This document shows, in pieces, positions 1 through 14,300 of a stretch of DNA of 64,000 bases (positions are counted from its first letter, which is position 1; every line of letters starts with the position of its first letter). The translations under genes and the position numbers were made by a program. The notes under the pieces were generated by a model. That model had not been told where the DNA came from and searched no databases. It worked only from the letters and a program-made list of their open reading frames with translations. This DNA is from Botryllus schlosseri (lineage: Eukaryota): NCBI GenBank assembly GCA_051294905.1, contig CM119371.1:31746001-31810000 (forward strand), in the 5' to 3' direction.

Positions 1-1360
1 GCATACATTGCTATCAATTTTTATCTTCTCTCTGCTCACGTAATCAGATTTGCCGGTAGAGCTGAGTGAGGTGTGTTTAAAAAGGTAGGACCACTCAATA
101 ATAATTAAACATCTTCGGGCGTATACCCGTTGGCAGGAACAAAACAGCACCTCGTCAGGCCCCCAAAAACGTGGGTCTTGGGCTCCCATAGGGTGATAAA
201 ACGACCCCCTCCATCACGTTGTTTGCGTTTGTCACGAAATTACCCGTACTGTATAGTGAGCCAGCGCGAAGCGCGAAAATTTTCGATAATTTATGATAAA
301 ATCGGTCAATCAGATCGGCGACTGCATATATAATATGCTATCAATATATTGTCCTCTCTACTCACGTAATCAGATTTGCCGGTAGAGCTGAGTGAGGTGT
401 GTTTGAAAAGGTAGGACCACTCAATAATAATTAAAAATCTTCGGGCGTATACCCGTTGGCAGGAACGAAACAGCACCTCGTCAGGCCCCCAAAACGTGGG
501 TGTTGGGCTCCCATAGGGTGATAAAACGACCCCCCCCCCATCACGTTGTTCGCGTTTGTCACGAAATTACCCGTACGGTATTGAGAACCAGCGCGAAGCG
601 CGAAAATTTTCGATAATTTATGATAAAATCGGTAAATCAGATCGGCGACTGCATATATAATATGCTATCAATTTATTGTCCTCTCTACTCACGTAATGAG
701 ATTTACCGGTAGAGCTGAGTGAAGTGTCTTGAAAACGGGAGGGCCCGTAAATAATGATTAAACATCTTCGGGCGGGCGGAACCGTTGATATGACTTCGTT
801 ACATGATGTTATTTCGTGACTTCAAGTCTGCTATATCAAAAAATATAGAACCGCCCAAACGTAGGCTTCTAAACTAAGAGAAGCACACGATTTAAAATTG
901 GTATTTCTGCACTGGCATAAAATTTTTCCCAGCGGGATGGTATTTGTCTTGTGAGGTTCAGATTGCAAAGACAGAAACATTCGGCGCCAGTCATTTAGGC
1001 GCCTATGGACAATTTAACCTATATGTATTTTGTATATATAACGAAGTCTTTGATCTGCATAAGGGCATAGACCTTTTCTCGCTGCCAATCGTTCTGGCAC
1101 ACTTCTTGGAGTCGCATGTTATATGGCCTAAAACTTGATTGTATGTCTTGGTGGGTCGTGTCGCGGTAATGGCCCAATACCCAACAGGAATGATAAACGG
1201 CTACGTGAATTCGCGCGCAGCGCGAAAAAATTTTGAAAAATTGCATAAATTTTCAAAAAATACTCTATGATTTTTGCTAATTCACGAAATAATTTTGGGC
1301 CCCCGTCGAGCTCGGGCCCCCCCCAATTGGGGGGTTTGGGGTGCGGCAGTTACGGTGCTG
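1..1360. mobile_element. Right part of a hAT-type element containing a tandem repeat of about 327 bp
   Basis: Ends GGGGTGCGGCAGTTACGGTGCTG; internal unit (CTCACGTAATCAGATTTGCCGGTAGAGCTGAGTGA) near 35, 361 and 688. Confidence 0.75.
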
Positions 1361-2323
1361 AGTAAGATCAATCACGGTGACTTCGAGATGTTTGTAAGTT
1401 GGCAGTCTCAGTAATATAGTCAGCAGTCGCAAGAAATGGAAATTTTTGATCCATTTTCTTCTGTATACCTAACCACTATTCAAGTATAATTGCAAGTTGA
1501 TCTGCTAGATAGGAATGGCTAGGCTGGACTTTCACTCAAAAAACTGTTTCTAAATTTTGGAGCCTTATACGGTGTCGTCGGAAGCGTTACGAGTTAATAT
1601 TACATTCACCGCCACCTGTCTTTGAGGAAGTGGATTTTCAGCACTCGTTTACAGCAAATCAGAAGCGCGGGTTTCAAGACATGACCATAAATTTCAATAA
1701 ATGTACCTGAAATATTCGCTTTGAAATAATAAAAATTGATACACTTTCCACATAATGTATGATATTATTTATAGGATCAGTCAATTTGTTGCTATTTATC
1801 ACTGCAATTTCTACATAATGTATGATAATATCTATAAGATAGGCCATTTTGCTGGTGTTTATCAATATCCCACAGTTAAATTTTGCAGACATCATATCAC
1901 GGTTGCGCGATAATTGAGCTAAATTTAAACGAAAACTTGAGGGGGTCCGCGGCGCTCCCTGACGGCCGAAAGGGGTCCGCGAGGACAAAAAGGTTGAGAA
2001 CCACTGATTTAGAGGCTGCTCAAGACATCTCAACCTGATCGGTGAGGTGGCTAAGTGGCACGTTTCAAAGCAAGCTGCAACACCAACGGGTTGGATATTC
2101 AAATACGCTCAGCCTGGTCAGTCCATCCGCGTTAGCAGTGTTCTACAAGACCCTGGCAAATCGGAAATTCGGTAACGAATATACCAATCTGGGGAAGAAT
2201 GAACACAGAAATAGCAATGTAACGTGATCGCGGTATAGATTAGGCAATATATATTTCGCCTATGTGAAATTATCGCAGTTTTCCATACACGAGTATTTTA
2301 ATATCATATTCGGGAATACGTAC

Positions 2324-5300
2324 TTGCAGTGAGTCATTCCGTCACAGAAATATCTCCTCCGCATACACGTCGCCCCATAGTCACAAGAGTATTCGTCGGA
2401 ATGACATGATGAACCTGAACCAAAATACGCAAGTTGACTAACGAGCGTTTGCGCTCCCTACGACCAGCTTTGCCTTAACCCTAGGGCGGGGAAAAACAGA
2501 GTACCTGAATGATTCGATTTTGAACTCGCATTAGGCTTCGAGTCGCGTCGAGTGCGCGGGTACCATTCCTTTATGACGTCACAACAATATGAGAAATGTG
2601 GAAATTTCAAATATGTCCCTATTTTCGCGACCACGAAGAATAAAATGCCGGCATTTTGGATCTTCAAGTATTCGACAATATATTTAACTTCCACATATCC
2701 TTTTTCAATTTGAGAACTTAAAGTTCACCTAAAAACTACTCAGAAAACCAGAAAATTCATCTAACTTCATTATCACGTCACTTTCAAAAGCTACACACAA
2801 AAAAATCTGGTAGATTTACAAAGAAATTTCTGTAAATTTTACAACGAATTACCGGTCGCAGCTAATAGCAGCGTGTAGTTTGTCATTTTACATTTTGATA
2901 TGTAATATTACATTAATTTAGCTCCTAAGTCAAGTTACCAGAATTTCTTCGCAAGGTTACTGACAGTTACTCGCTACGGCATTTTACCAAGCTATTAGCA
3001 AAATTGATTAGCTTCCAAGCCCCAGCAACCAGTGGATACGTGGAAGTGCATGTCACTGTGATATCATTCTCGTTGCGATTTGACCTGATTCAACCTCGTT
3101 CGCGAGACAGGATTAGGTCACACGGAACTGGTTAACCCTAGTACCAATTTCGGTATAGCGCATAGTTGGGTGCAAGAAGCAGCTGACAATGTAGTTACAC
3201 CATAGATATACATTATATTATAAGGCTATGGCTACACGGTCGGTCTCGGCGGTTAGATTTGTTGTAACAGATAGGGCTAATGAGTTACAAAAATCAGTTT
3301 AGGATATATAATCTTATTCTTGAAATTAGAAATATCACCACAGCAGCAGGCTCAGTTGACCATTTCTTAATGGCGGACAAGGCGACCTATAATAGGTTAC
3401 CTTAAGTTGCGCGTTGCAGGTTTTTCTGAGATTCGTAGTAAACAACCAACAGTCAACTGTGACATCACAAATAGCGTCCGGTTAGGTAAGTAAGTAGGGA
3501 ACAACACGTGGAGCAATAAATATCAATATATACGAAATTAGATGCAAAAGAAAGGGACTATAGGTGTTGATAGATGTTTCTGTATGAAAAACCAACCTGG
3601 ATTGAACATTATAACGTGGACAGTAAATATTATTGGTGGCATATGTGAGCGGATGAATATCACTTATTTCAAAGTCGTCTGCGTGTCGAGCCGAGTAGCC
3701 GACTGGTCGGCCATTAATATTGAGCTTTGGGCATGCAAAGGCTGACGGTGCGAAGCTTGTGACTTGTGATTGAAGAAAGTAGAGACTTTCGTTGAAGATT
3801 CTCAGGACTGATGAATGGGATGCGCATCGTAAAAGGTACAGTAGCCTACTGTATAGTATTAGTTACCGTGAATATCTACGACTGTGCACACCACCCGGAT
3901 GACTTTGGTTTCATGATTTAAATATTTCAGTCGCCCCATTCTCAGTTCTATTTTGGGATATTAGTCGACTTGTATAATGACCTGCGACACCACATACTCT
4001 GCCGCGGAGTAGTTGAAACTGTTAGCTTGTTATTGACATTTATCGGGTCATAGCTTAGATATGTTTTCATCCACTGCTCGATATGTTTGGCTCACATGCC
4101 GCATCAAATGAGGCACGTTTTCTTTCAATACATTGATCATTAAAGTCATGAATCTCTGCTATATCATGTGAAGTGAGGAGTCGTCAACTCACAATGTACC
4201 AGTACCGGTACTTCAAAACTTGTTATATTTTTGTTAAGCCTATTTGTCTTAGTCTTTATAAGTCATGTCTAGGTTAGCAACTTGGCTTAGTATAGCGATT
4301 TACGCATGAATTATTTTTAGTGGAACTGCAAGATACTAGTCACACAGAAGGAATGAAGACGAGAAAAAGAAACAATTGGAAGTTTATCCGGCGTTGGAAT
4401 TAATTCACCTTTTCTTGGGACCACTCGTGCTATATTTGCATGCCTCCTAAACAAGAATTATACCTCCAGCAGCAATACTTTTTCATCGTGAATCATGAAT
4501 GAATATACAGTTGTCCTAATGTCGCCTTGAGAGGGTGAAGAAACTTTTGCGGTATTTTGGCATCGCGTTGCTTTGGGATAGGTATGGATGTAGGCTGAGA
4601 CGTGAATTTACAAGCTGGCATGTAATCTGATTTACAAGGACAGCATGTAGGGTTGTTGTAGGTAGGTAAGGCGGTAAAATTACAGTCTCGGTGGTAAATG
4701 TACACAGAAGAAAATGTAGATTGAATATACAAGAGGTGACTGTAACATTACAGTCTGGCATGTAAAGTTAGATTACCGGACGGTTGTAAGTTGAATTTAC
4801 ATTGAGTGACGGTAATGTTATATTACTGCCAAGTGGCTGGCCACCCTGCTTCCAGACATTTCGCGGTAAATCGAGGTAAATCTTTTTTTCAGTGTACCAT
4901 GCGGTGGAAGTCAGCTATTATGTCACGTTTCTAGTTCACGATGATAAAACATGACCCGTCAATGATTCGTGACTGAGAATTATGTTTGTACTTGGGCGAG
5001 ACCGCTCGTAAAATTACTCGAATTCTGAATCACTGGGTGATAAAATAAAAATAACTCGATTTGAGTCTGGTCCAACGTTAAAATCATAGGACTTGTGACT
5101 CAGAACGCCGTGACTTGGTACGACCACGGACACAACGAACTATCAAAGATCAAACTATTATGGGGACTAGTAATATATCAGAAGGTCGTAGCTTGCTCTG
5201 CGTGGCGTAGGAGCTATCTAATGAGGTCACTATGGAATCCATTGACATTCTGTCGCCTCCATAGTGTAGGACTATAGTTAGCTACATCGTGGTTGATATA

Positions 5301-8300
5301 TGTTCTCTTAATCTGTGTAATTATCGCCAGTGGCGAGTAAGGTAGTAGTACGCTCCACAGCTGTAAAGTCATTGGACTTTTCGTCGATTGTACATTTCCC
5401 TATTTCAGTGGTCTTAAACCGGGCTCCATGAACCCCATCGGAGTATAGAGCACCACGTCAAGGGGTACGAGATGTATTGCGAAATTAGGCTTATATGTTA
5501 TCTAGAGCTCAAGGTTATTTTGCAAAGCCACAAGAAACGTACTATTTTCTCGGCCAATATAGTCAACTGAAAAATATTCGTCACGCTACGCGCGATTTTA
5601 CGTGAATAGAGGTGTTTATTTTAATATAGGTACCATGGGAAATAGTGTTGAAAATGAATAGGGGTAAGAGGCATCATATTGAAAGTACTAGGGGTACCAT
5701 CGCTAAACACCTTAGGAAACACTGCTAATACTATGCCACAATAATTATTATATTCAAGTTGTTATTGACAAATGGTCTGCTACCAGATCAATCTTTGGGA
5801 AATTCTAAAATGTTCTCTTTAAAATGGTGGCACGTCAAATGTCCACTGCCTCCAATGTTATAACGCGTCGGGCCATGATGCACTTGTCCTCTCGCACAGT
5901 GTATGACTCATTATTTTGACAAATTATGCCCAGCACTATAACAATGTTATTAAAATATTTAGAATTCGATATTTTTCGTGCCAAGCGTGAATAGGGCGAT
6001 TATAAATTACATTTTCACGGTGTTTGTGAAATTCCAGTCTGGAACGTTCCGTCAAATAAGACCTACTTGGAAATTATACATTGAATAACCTTACTATTGA
6101 TACTGCGGCCCGCCCCACCAAAAACTCGGAAATTGGCCCGCGATCACATTTGAGTTCGAGACCCCTGGTGTATAGAGGTACCTGCAATGGATAGCCTTCG
6201 AAACTTGATTTGGCTGGAGATATTCCTTCTCAATTCAGGTTAGTGGATGTTTACTCTCTTCCGGATCCATATTAATATTAATAACTCTAAAATTGTGAGT
6301 TGTTACCTTCGCAGTATTTGACTCGGTGTATTTTCGGCAACGCTTTGCACACTCGATGTAACATGCCACTTCCTCTGCGACAGAATGATACATTGGAATT
6401 GTACTGGATGCGGGTGTCCATATATTGTTCATCCGAGTTATCCCTGAACGAATTTGTCTTTAATCGCCGATGCTCAAATTGGGTCATTGCTTTCCAGGAT
6501 TCTTGTAAGCAAACAATTACTTCCAATAAGTCATTGCTAACGTGTCGTGCGCTCAAATGCGTCATTTATCATTATATCGCATGCTCACTTGTTGACCAAC
6601 CCTGTGGATTATGATGTTTGGTGAAAAGAAAACACTCGATTATCAGTGTTCTTGGAACACTTACCGGCAATTTTTCACACCATCGCAAAAATCTCTCTCC
6701 GGTATGCAGCTCGTATTGTCGAAGCACGGTATTTCATAATCTCGGCATGAAGTTCCTGTGTTCACAAACTTGCGCTAAATGCTACGTTATATATTATAAT
6801 GATGATATCGCAGCCTTTCGCGATACATGCCGCTGACTCAAGGAGTTAAATATCGAATTCCACGAGTTTATTACCAGGTAACTTAAATCGCTATATGTTT
6901 TGCATGAGAATCTTTCACCTCGCCGACATAGCGACATAAAACTTTTTCGTGTGAAAGAAAATATTACCTTCACATATCTTGTCTTCGTATGGTAGGTGCT
7001 GTGGTATTACGCAGATTAGTCCAAAGCTTCGGCCTCTACAAAAGGTCATATTACTGCCGTATATAACGCTGGATTTCCTCAACGGAGGTTCATCAGATTT
7101 ATCCCTGTGTAAACAATTGCGAAGGGTAGACCTTTTACGATGTTCGAATAATGATGAACGCTATTGTGTCATGTAGCTGTCCCGATATGCACTCAAGTCG
7201 GGTGCAAGATTCTCGTTGGTGAAAGCTATAGACAGAATATAACTCTAAATATATGAATAAATATATAAATATAATATATATATATAAATAGTATCATTCC
7301 TTATGATATATGATGGACAAAATATCCCTACAATTTTATTTTGTAGCTCTCTCGTACTGTCATACTAGCATATTTAACTTATTTTTCAACACTCTAAATT
7401 GGTACGGGCCATTAATTAACGAATAATCTTCGAGGGTATACTATTTCACTCATAAAATGATAGCAATATGCATCATTATGCAATGATCTATATTGCTTCG
7501 CAACTGTTCTGAGATCTGATTCAAAAGCTGTAGAAATAGACTGTGAAATAAGGCCACTTGAATACGTATCGCATTTGGTAGAAACTTATCTCATTAATTG
7601 AGAACAGTCGAAATGTGACGTTTTCAACGATAACACTTACCAGCAATCAGCCTGTCCATTGCAAAATAAATGCGCCGGAATGCATTGCGATCCGTCCGAA
7701 CAAGGAAACTGATTCGGTCGACACGACCTACCTGAAATACAATGGCGATCCCAGTTGATGCAGCGTAACTTCCTTTCGAATTCAAAGAGAAATGGATTTA
7801 CGTGTCTTTGATTGATATACCTTCACTCACTTTAACCAATAGAAATAGCCTGTTGTTGCTGATAAACAGAGTGGACCAGGTTCGGCATATCGCTATAGAT
7901 TATCGACTTCAGTAGATTAGCAACTAAATATTTTCTGTGTACTGCGAATAATTCGGACATTTTGGTTCCGATCACTTTTGGAAGAATTTGTCGGAAAATC
8001 ATTCGTTCGTTTCATAGCCATGCATAAATGTAGGTGATGTGGTAAAATACTGTACTGGTGCGTAATAAAGGAATTGCAGCTGCGCTATACTGCAGTAAGT
8101 GACACTGATCGCATACAACGTACGGGATTTATACCTTTAAGTTAGTAGTAGCTACAATATTTCGAGATCAAGCGATTTAACATGGACTGTATACTGTGTA
8201 ATGGATAGGGTTGCATTTAAAACAAATATCAATTTAAAACAAGCATGTTAAAAACAAGACCCTAATTTAAAACATGTTTTTATTGATTTTTATGTTTTTT

Positions 8301-11300
8301 TTTCAAGGCATGACGTCACGGATATTTAATTGTGAAGTGATAGTGGATTGACATTGACAATTGAAAATATAGGGTAAAAATAGCTCCTCCCAAAATATAT
8401 GTACTATTGCTGTTGAACCGACCATTTTGAGGGTTCCAACCATCCCATATCGATATAGGTTGGCTAGATCGGGTGGTAATTGTCAGTAAGCTCATATAAC
8501 ATGTTTTGTGTAAAATATTTACACAATTATGACATCATTTTACAACTTAAAAAAACATAATTTCTTTTAAAACCGTTTTTTAAAACGCTGTTTAAAACAT
8601 GTTTTAACAAAGTGTTTTAAATCACCGTTTGTTTTAAATGCAACCCTAGCTATGGACAGAGTGGACTCATATTTTGGCACGGCAGAAAATTATTCATGGA
8701 GCAGCTATCATCGCCAATTGAAGGCTAAATCCACAAATAAACCATGATTCCAAGGGCCGTTATACGTTTACGTTGCAGCCTTGGTTGAAGTATGGCGTCA
8801 GGTGAAATTTGAATAACCATATGATGGTGCCGCATTTTCTTCAACAGCATAGTCATCCTGTTCAACAATATGGCGCAAAGATGCTGTGAATCTGTCACAG
8901 CCCTCTATATTAGTTCATTTCGATTAGTAGGGCCTACTGCATGGATCGCCCTTGTTTCAACATATTCCTTCATCTCGTGTTACAACGAACGGAGTTCTCG
9001 TTATATTTCGGCATATCCAAACTATAGAAATAGCGAGAATTTGTCCGGATTAAGCATCGCATCGTCCGAATCAGGCGGAGTTTTTTTCGTGAAAGTTTTG
9101 ATCGAATAAAACGTTTTCCGGGTGATACGCTACACAAAATAAGCGGAGTTCAATATAGTCGAAGTCGAAGTTGTTTCCCAATCCTATGGATTGCCACACA
9201 TCTTATATTTGCATGAGCTACTGGATTTTCAAAATACGGAACTAGAACCAGAAATACTCACTTTTAGAAACCAGCAACTAGAATTAAAACTAAAACAAAC
9301 AAACTTTAAAATCTCCTAACTAACTAACTAAAATGCAACAAAGTATATATTAAAATCCAAAGCAATTAATACAAATTAGTGAATTGCAAATTAGGTAAGC
9401 AATATTAAATAATGAATCGGAATATCAATAGGACGCGGTTTCATGTTTGATATAGGAGGGGTTTCGATTCCGATGATTCAGGTTCCGGTCTATACGCCGT
9501 TAGTAGGTCGATTTCTTCTTTACCTAAAAAATGGACGATTTGGACCTAAAAATCAAATTTTTTACATTTTTGACATTAAAAAACCTGAATTTGATAAAAT
9601 TCAGTACTCGTGTGTGTAAATTAGGTGCTTCGCACAAAATTTTGGGATAATTTTACTACTCATCTTCATGTCTGGTTGGAAATTTCTGAAGCTACGATGA
9701 ATAATGAAAACACTGAAAAAACTTTTTGACTTGAAAAGTGACACATTTCGACATGAAAAAACTTCGTCTTTACGAAATCTGGACCTAAGGAATTCCAGTA
9801 GTTACATCACTCATCATGGTGGAAATAAATAAAATTTGTTGCAGTACAACGAAAGATACTTTCCTACATCCTCGTGTAGAAACTGTTTGTCCTTAGCCAT
9901 GAATGGAGAAAGAACGTTCAACAGCAACAGTTGATGGCTGGGAACACTAAAGTTTTGCGTACACTGCTGGTGACACGCCGTGTTGCTTGCTATTGATCTT
10001 TGTGCTATTGATCATTATTTCGTGTTACCTCCTTTATTTGTGTACTGCTCAATGAACGTGGTGCAAAAGGCCGTCAATTTTTCTGTTTAATAAACAACAA
10101 CAACCGCGTTGCTTCATTCTGATAATGTTGTCTACATCAAAATAGTTCATTATGCGCTTCTTGATATGAAAACCAATCCCCACGAAGTCTTGTTTCAGTT
10201 GGAATATTGCGGTACGTCAAGGATAACGCCATGTCCACCAATTCGTTTCATTTTACCGTTTATGGTTTACAATAAGACAATGGTAAACCTATAACGTAGG
10301 CTACAAGATGTCGAATGTTTACAGTGCAATCATCTACTATACAAACGAATTACAGGTTGCAAAAAGATATTGAATTTGTAAACAATTTTGACAATATTTT
10401 GTCCTGACGCTACAATTTTAAAAAGGATTTTGACTAATTGTGACATGTAAAAAAATCGCTCTAGTCATTAGTGATTGATCTGAGGAAGCAATTGATACAC
10501 CAACATAACACAGCACAACACTGGACCTAGGACTAGATATAATCACTTTTTAAGATTAGCTACTAGAACTAGATCTTGAGCTACTCATAAAAACGGCAGT
10601 TTGTTGACCGTCAACTGCAAAACCGTTTTAGACTCGCTATGCCAATTTTGGTGGAAACATTAGCGTTATAACAGCCGCACCACATTTGTTGGCGTGTTAC
10701 GCACTTATCCCCCATGTAATCATATTTCCAAGGTATCCGTCGGGATTTACGGTAATTACATTAACGGTGTTCTTAGCTTACACTTCCGACAAACACCATT
10801 AAAAATAGCTTTGCGCGACGACTCACAGAACAACGACCGGGGAATTACTTGCGTACTGTCGTCATCAGCTCTGCAGTCATCTTACCAGAACAAAACGTAT
10901 CAAAATGTGGCACGAGGTGCGGCTGTAAAACGCATACGGATGATTTTCCGCTCTTCCCGACGCATATCGTAGCAGTGTGATCGTCTCTTGCGTGATAGCT
11001 CTTTACGGAGGGCTCGTCCGATCCATCACTGCATATATTCAGATATAGTAATACAGCTTACATTCATAATATACCATTACTAGCTCAAAGAATTGTTCGC
11101 GTGCACTTATCAAGAGCTACAAGGAGGCTAAGGGAAATACAACGAAGTTGAATTCAAAACCAAATAGCGAAATATTGGATTATGATCAGGCCTGTTTATT
11201 TTTGGATTTCTCCAAAAATAACAAAAATAGCTTAGTTTTGGATGTTTTCAAATTTTATTTTTGGAGAATCTCCAAAAATAAGAAATGAATGTGTTTTTAG

Positions 11301-14300
11301 CCCTAATATTACATAGAAAACTTCACCGAAAGTATGTTATTATCATGTATTCATGTTCTTCAACACATCGACATCATCAGTGATCTTGATCTAACTTTCT
11401 AATACTTTCGTCACAAAGTCTTTGGCCTGGAGAATACCCTCCAAAGAAAAATCAGTGGGTGACGCCCGGTAGAGACCTTTCTCCCAGTTGATTTTCGAGA
11501 AATCGGCTTCGACCGTCGCACTTGTGGGAAACATCGAGCCATGTGGGTCCAAAGAACTGTCGCTCTTCAATAATGCGCTTGAAGGTGACGTCCATTTTGT
11601 ATCGGACAGACATGGATTGGAATTGGTCTTCGATATCTATTAGGGTGTCCACTTGTTCGACAGCCCACCCCGGTGTTTGTCGATCAATTCACTGAGCTGC
11701 AAATAAAGTAGCTTACATATATGTATCACTCTTGCTAATATTATTAGAATCTAAAAGAGCAAGAAGTTCTGTCCTGCCTACACTGTAAAAATTATTCTTG
11801 TAAATTTACAGGAAAAAATATGGTATATTCGATTATTAGTTTACAGTATTTTTCTTGTGATCGATTACTAGTTTACAGTATTTTTCTTGTAATTCGTTAC
11901 AAGCTCTACAAGCTAAATCTAGTAAGCTCAGTACAAGCTATATCTTGTAACTCTCTTTTTCCCTCTCTTGTTATACCCAAATCTTACACTTGTACTGGCA
12001 GAAAGACCCAATGCATTCGGCGGCCATGATTGTTCACAAAACTATAGCGAAAAGGCTCATTTATTTAAAGCCGATTAACAGCAGCAGATCAGCAGGAAAT
12101 ATACAGCATAGGCTCAAGCACAGTATGAAAATCAACAGCAGCATGTATAAAAAGAAATTGTGCAAAAAATATTTGCATGACTTAGCCTGCAGCAGACCAA
12201 GCATGCTCCACAGGAGTGCAGCTCAAATGGCTTGACAAGCACTCATGTAGTTCCTAAAGTATCATTAGGTCCAGTACAAATCTATTTTCTACTTCACAAC
12301 GTCAGAATTGTCAAGTAATGAAGTATGCTGAAAATATAATCACTTGAGGCCAAATCTACTTCAGCACTCCCAAAAAAGCAAAACTATTGACACTTACCAT
12401 TGTATATCAATGATCAAATGAATTTAAAAACTGCAAATCAATTTGTTTCACACATTGAAGCGACCGCAGACGGCATATGCAGCCCTTTGATTTTTGCAAT
12501 GCAGATGGACAAGAAATGTAGAGTCTTATCCACACCACGTGCGAACTGGATATTGAATACCCAATGTATTGACAGGATGAGAGCTAAAGCATGTGTGAAA
12601 TCTACTACGTCATTTATCACTAGCCCGTCGAAGTGCACCGTCCACTTGGTTTGTCGAGTGTCAAGATGTATGACTGGGTGCGGTGATTCTGGATTATCCT
12701 GAAAAAAGAGGGCACACAACTGTATACTGAAAGGCAAAGAGAGTATAACTTATATAGCCAATAATACTATCAGAGTAATAATGGCTGATGTATTAGGTCA
12801 AAATTATGACTATGACAGCACTTATACCAGGGGTACCTTTTCAGCCAAAGGGACACAAGAGATTTGGGAACCATTGAGTGGGCCACTTGAATGTTAATGA
12901 CCTTTCTTAAGTCGTCCGATAGGAGCCAACCGAATTAGGTAACATTAAAAATAAGACTTACATTTTACATTATGTCATGAGAACTCTGTGGGCATTCATG
13001 TCACTAGGTGGGAAATATTTTCAAAAACAACGAATGAATTCGATAAATAAATATGTTACTTGCAAATATTGAGGGTTGCCTTTGTATACCACTGGGTTCA
13101 TTTTGCAAGGACATGATTATTCGGCGTTTAGATATAGCAATATCGAAGGTTTCGGTGAACATCCCTCCGTCCTATTGTGCAAAGTTTCATCGTCGACGAT
13201 CTCGCTGCGAGCACACAAGCGAAGTCGCATGTTGGACGACACAACGTTATCTCCTAATTGCGAATATATATTTGGACTCAATTCTGTAAGTGATGCGTAT
13301 ATATAATTTTCAGGAGGGCTCCAATACTAAATGCAAAAAATCGAGTGACAATAAATCATGCGAAGTGCCAAGAAAAATATCTAGTCGAATAAATCTGCTG
13401 CAAGATATTCTACTTAATGGTCATATACGAAAATCTGCGATAAATGTGGCTGGCCCCTAAATACGCCAATGCGTCGGAACTGATTTTTTAGTCATCATCA
13501 AATTTCGCGGTCAGACCAATCAAATTTTGGCAGGCCTTGCTATTTTACCCGATGTTTCGAGAATTACCTCGAGGGCCATACACAACCATCTCGCAAGCCA
13601 TGGGTTAGCCGCCACCGACTTATACTGACATATCTAGCTGTGAGCCTATTATCAGCGCAGTAAAGTATATTTTATAGAAATGCAATGTCGACATGTACTT
13701 GGTACTAACCTTGTTTATAACCAAGAATTTGTCATAGGATTCGTTGAACATTGAAGGTATACCGAGCATCCAATTGAGTTCTGCAGAATATGAAAAAAAC
13801 ACAAATTCATATTTTGAGTTGTCCAATAATTTGTATTTTCAAAGCATTGTACCTATCACATCTACAATGTCGGCTGACAAGAGATCCCACTTGATTCTTC
13901 TTGCATGCTTGGAGAATTTATTTTCTTTGATCTTGTCCAGAATATCTAGACCATTGTTAATCAGCTTCATTTCTTCCAATAGCTGAAACATTATCAGTGA
14001 CCGTTAAACAGAAATCAAACCAATGATATTGCTTCTTACCCAATATGAATTTCTGAGAAGGGGATACTCCACAAGAATGTCAGCAGTTGGCATGTTCCTG
14101 TCTTCTATATCTAACCGACGCCTTTTGAAAGTGACTTTCATTGCTTTCATAAGCTTTGCCTTGGCTGGGTTAGATGAACTTGATTCCGATAATATGATTG
14201 ACTTATGTTCGGCGAAGCTTTCCTCATTGTTCGAAGATTCTCCGACCTGAAATTTTTAATTAATATATGAATCAGCGGTTCCCGACCGACAAGTCACGAA

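Noticed and set aside
2458..2694. Exon-like ORF ending RTRR...NHS before a GT donor, upstream of the last LDLa exon
   Set aside because: No convincing acceptor or homology, and the model is in frame without it; needs RNA-seq.
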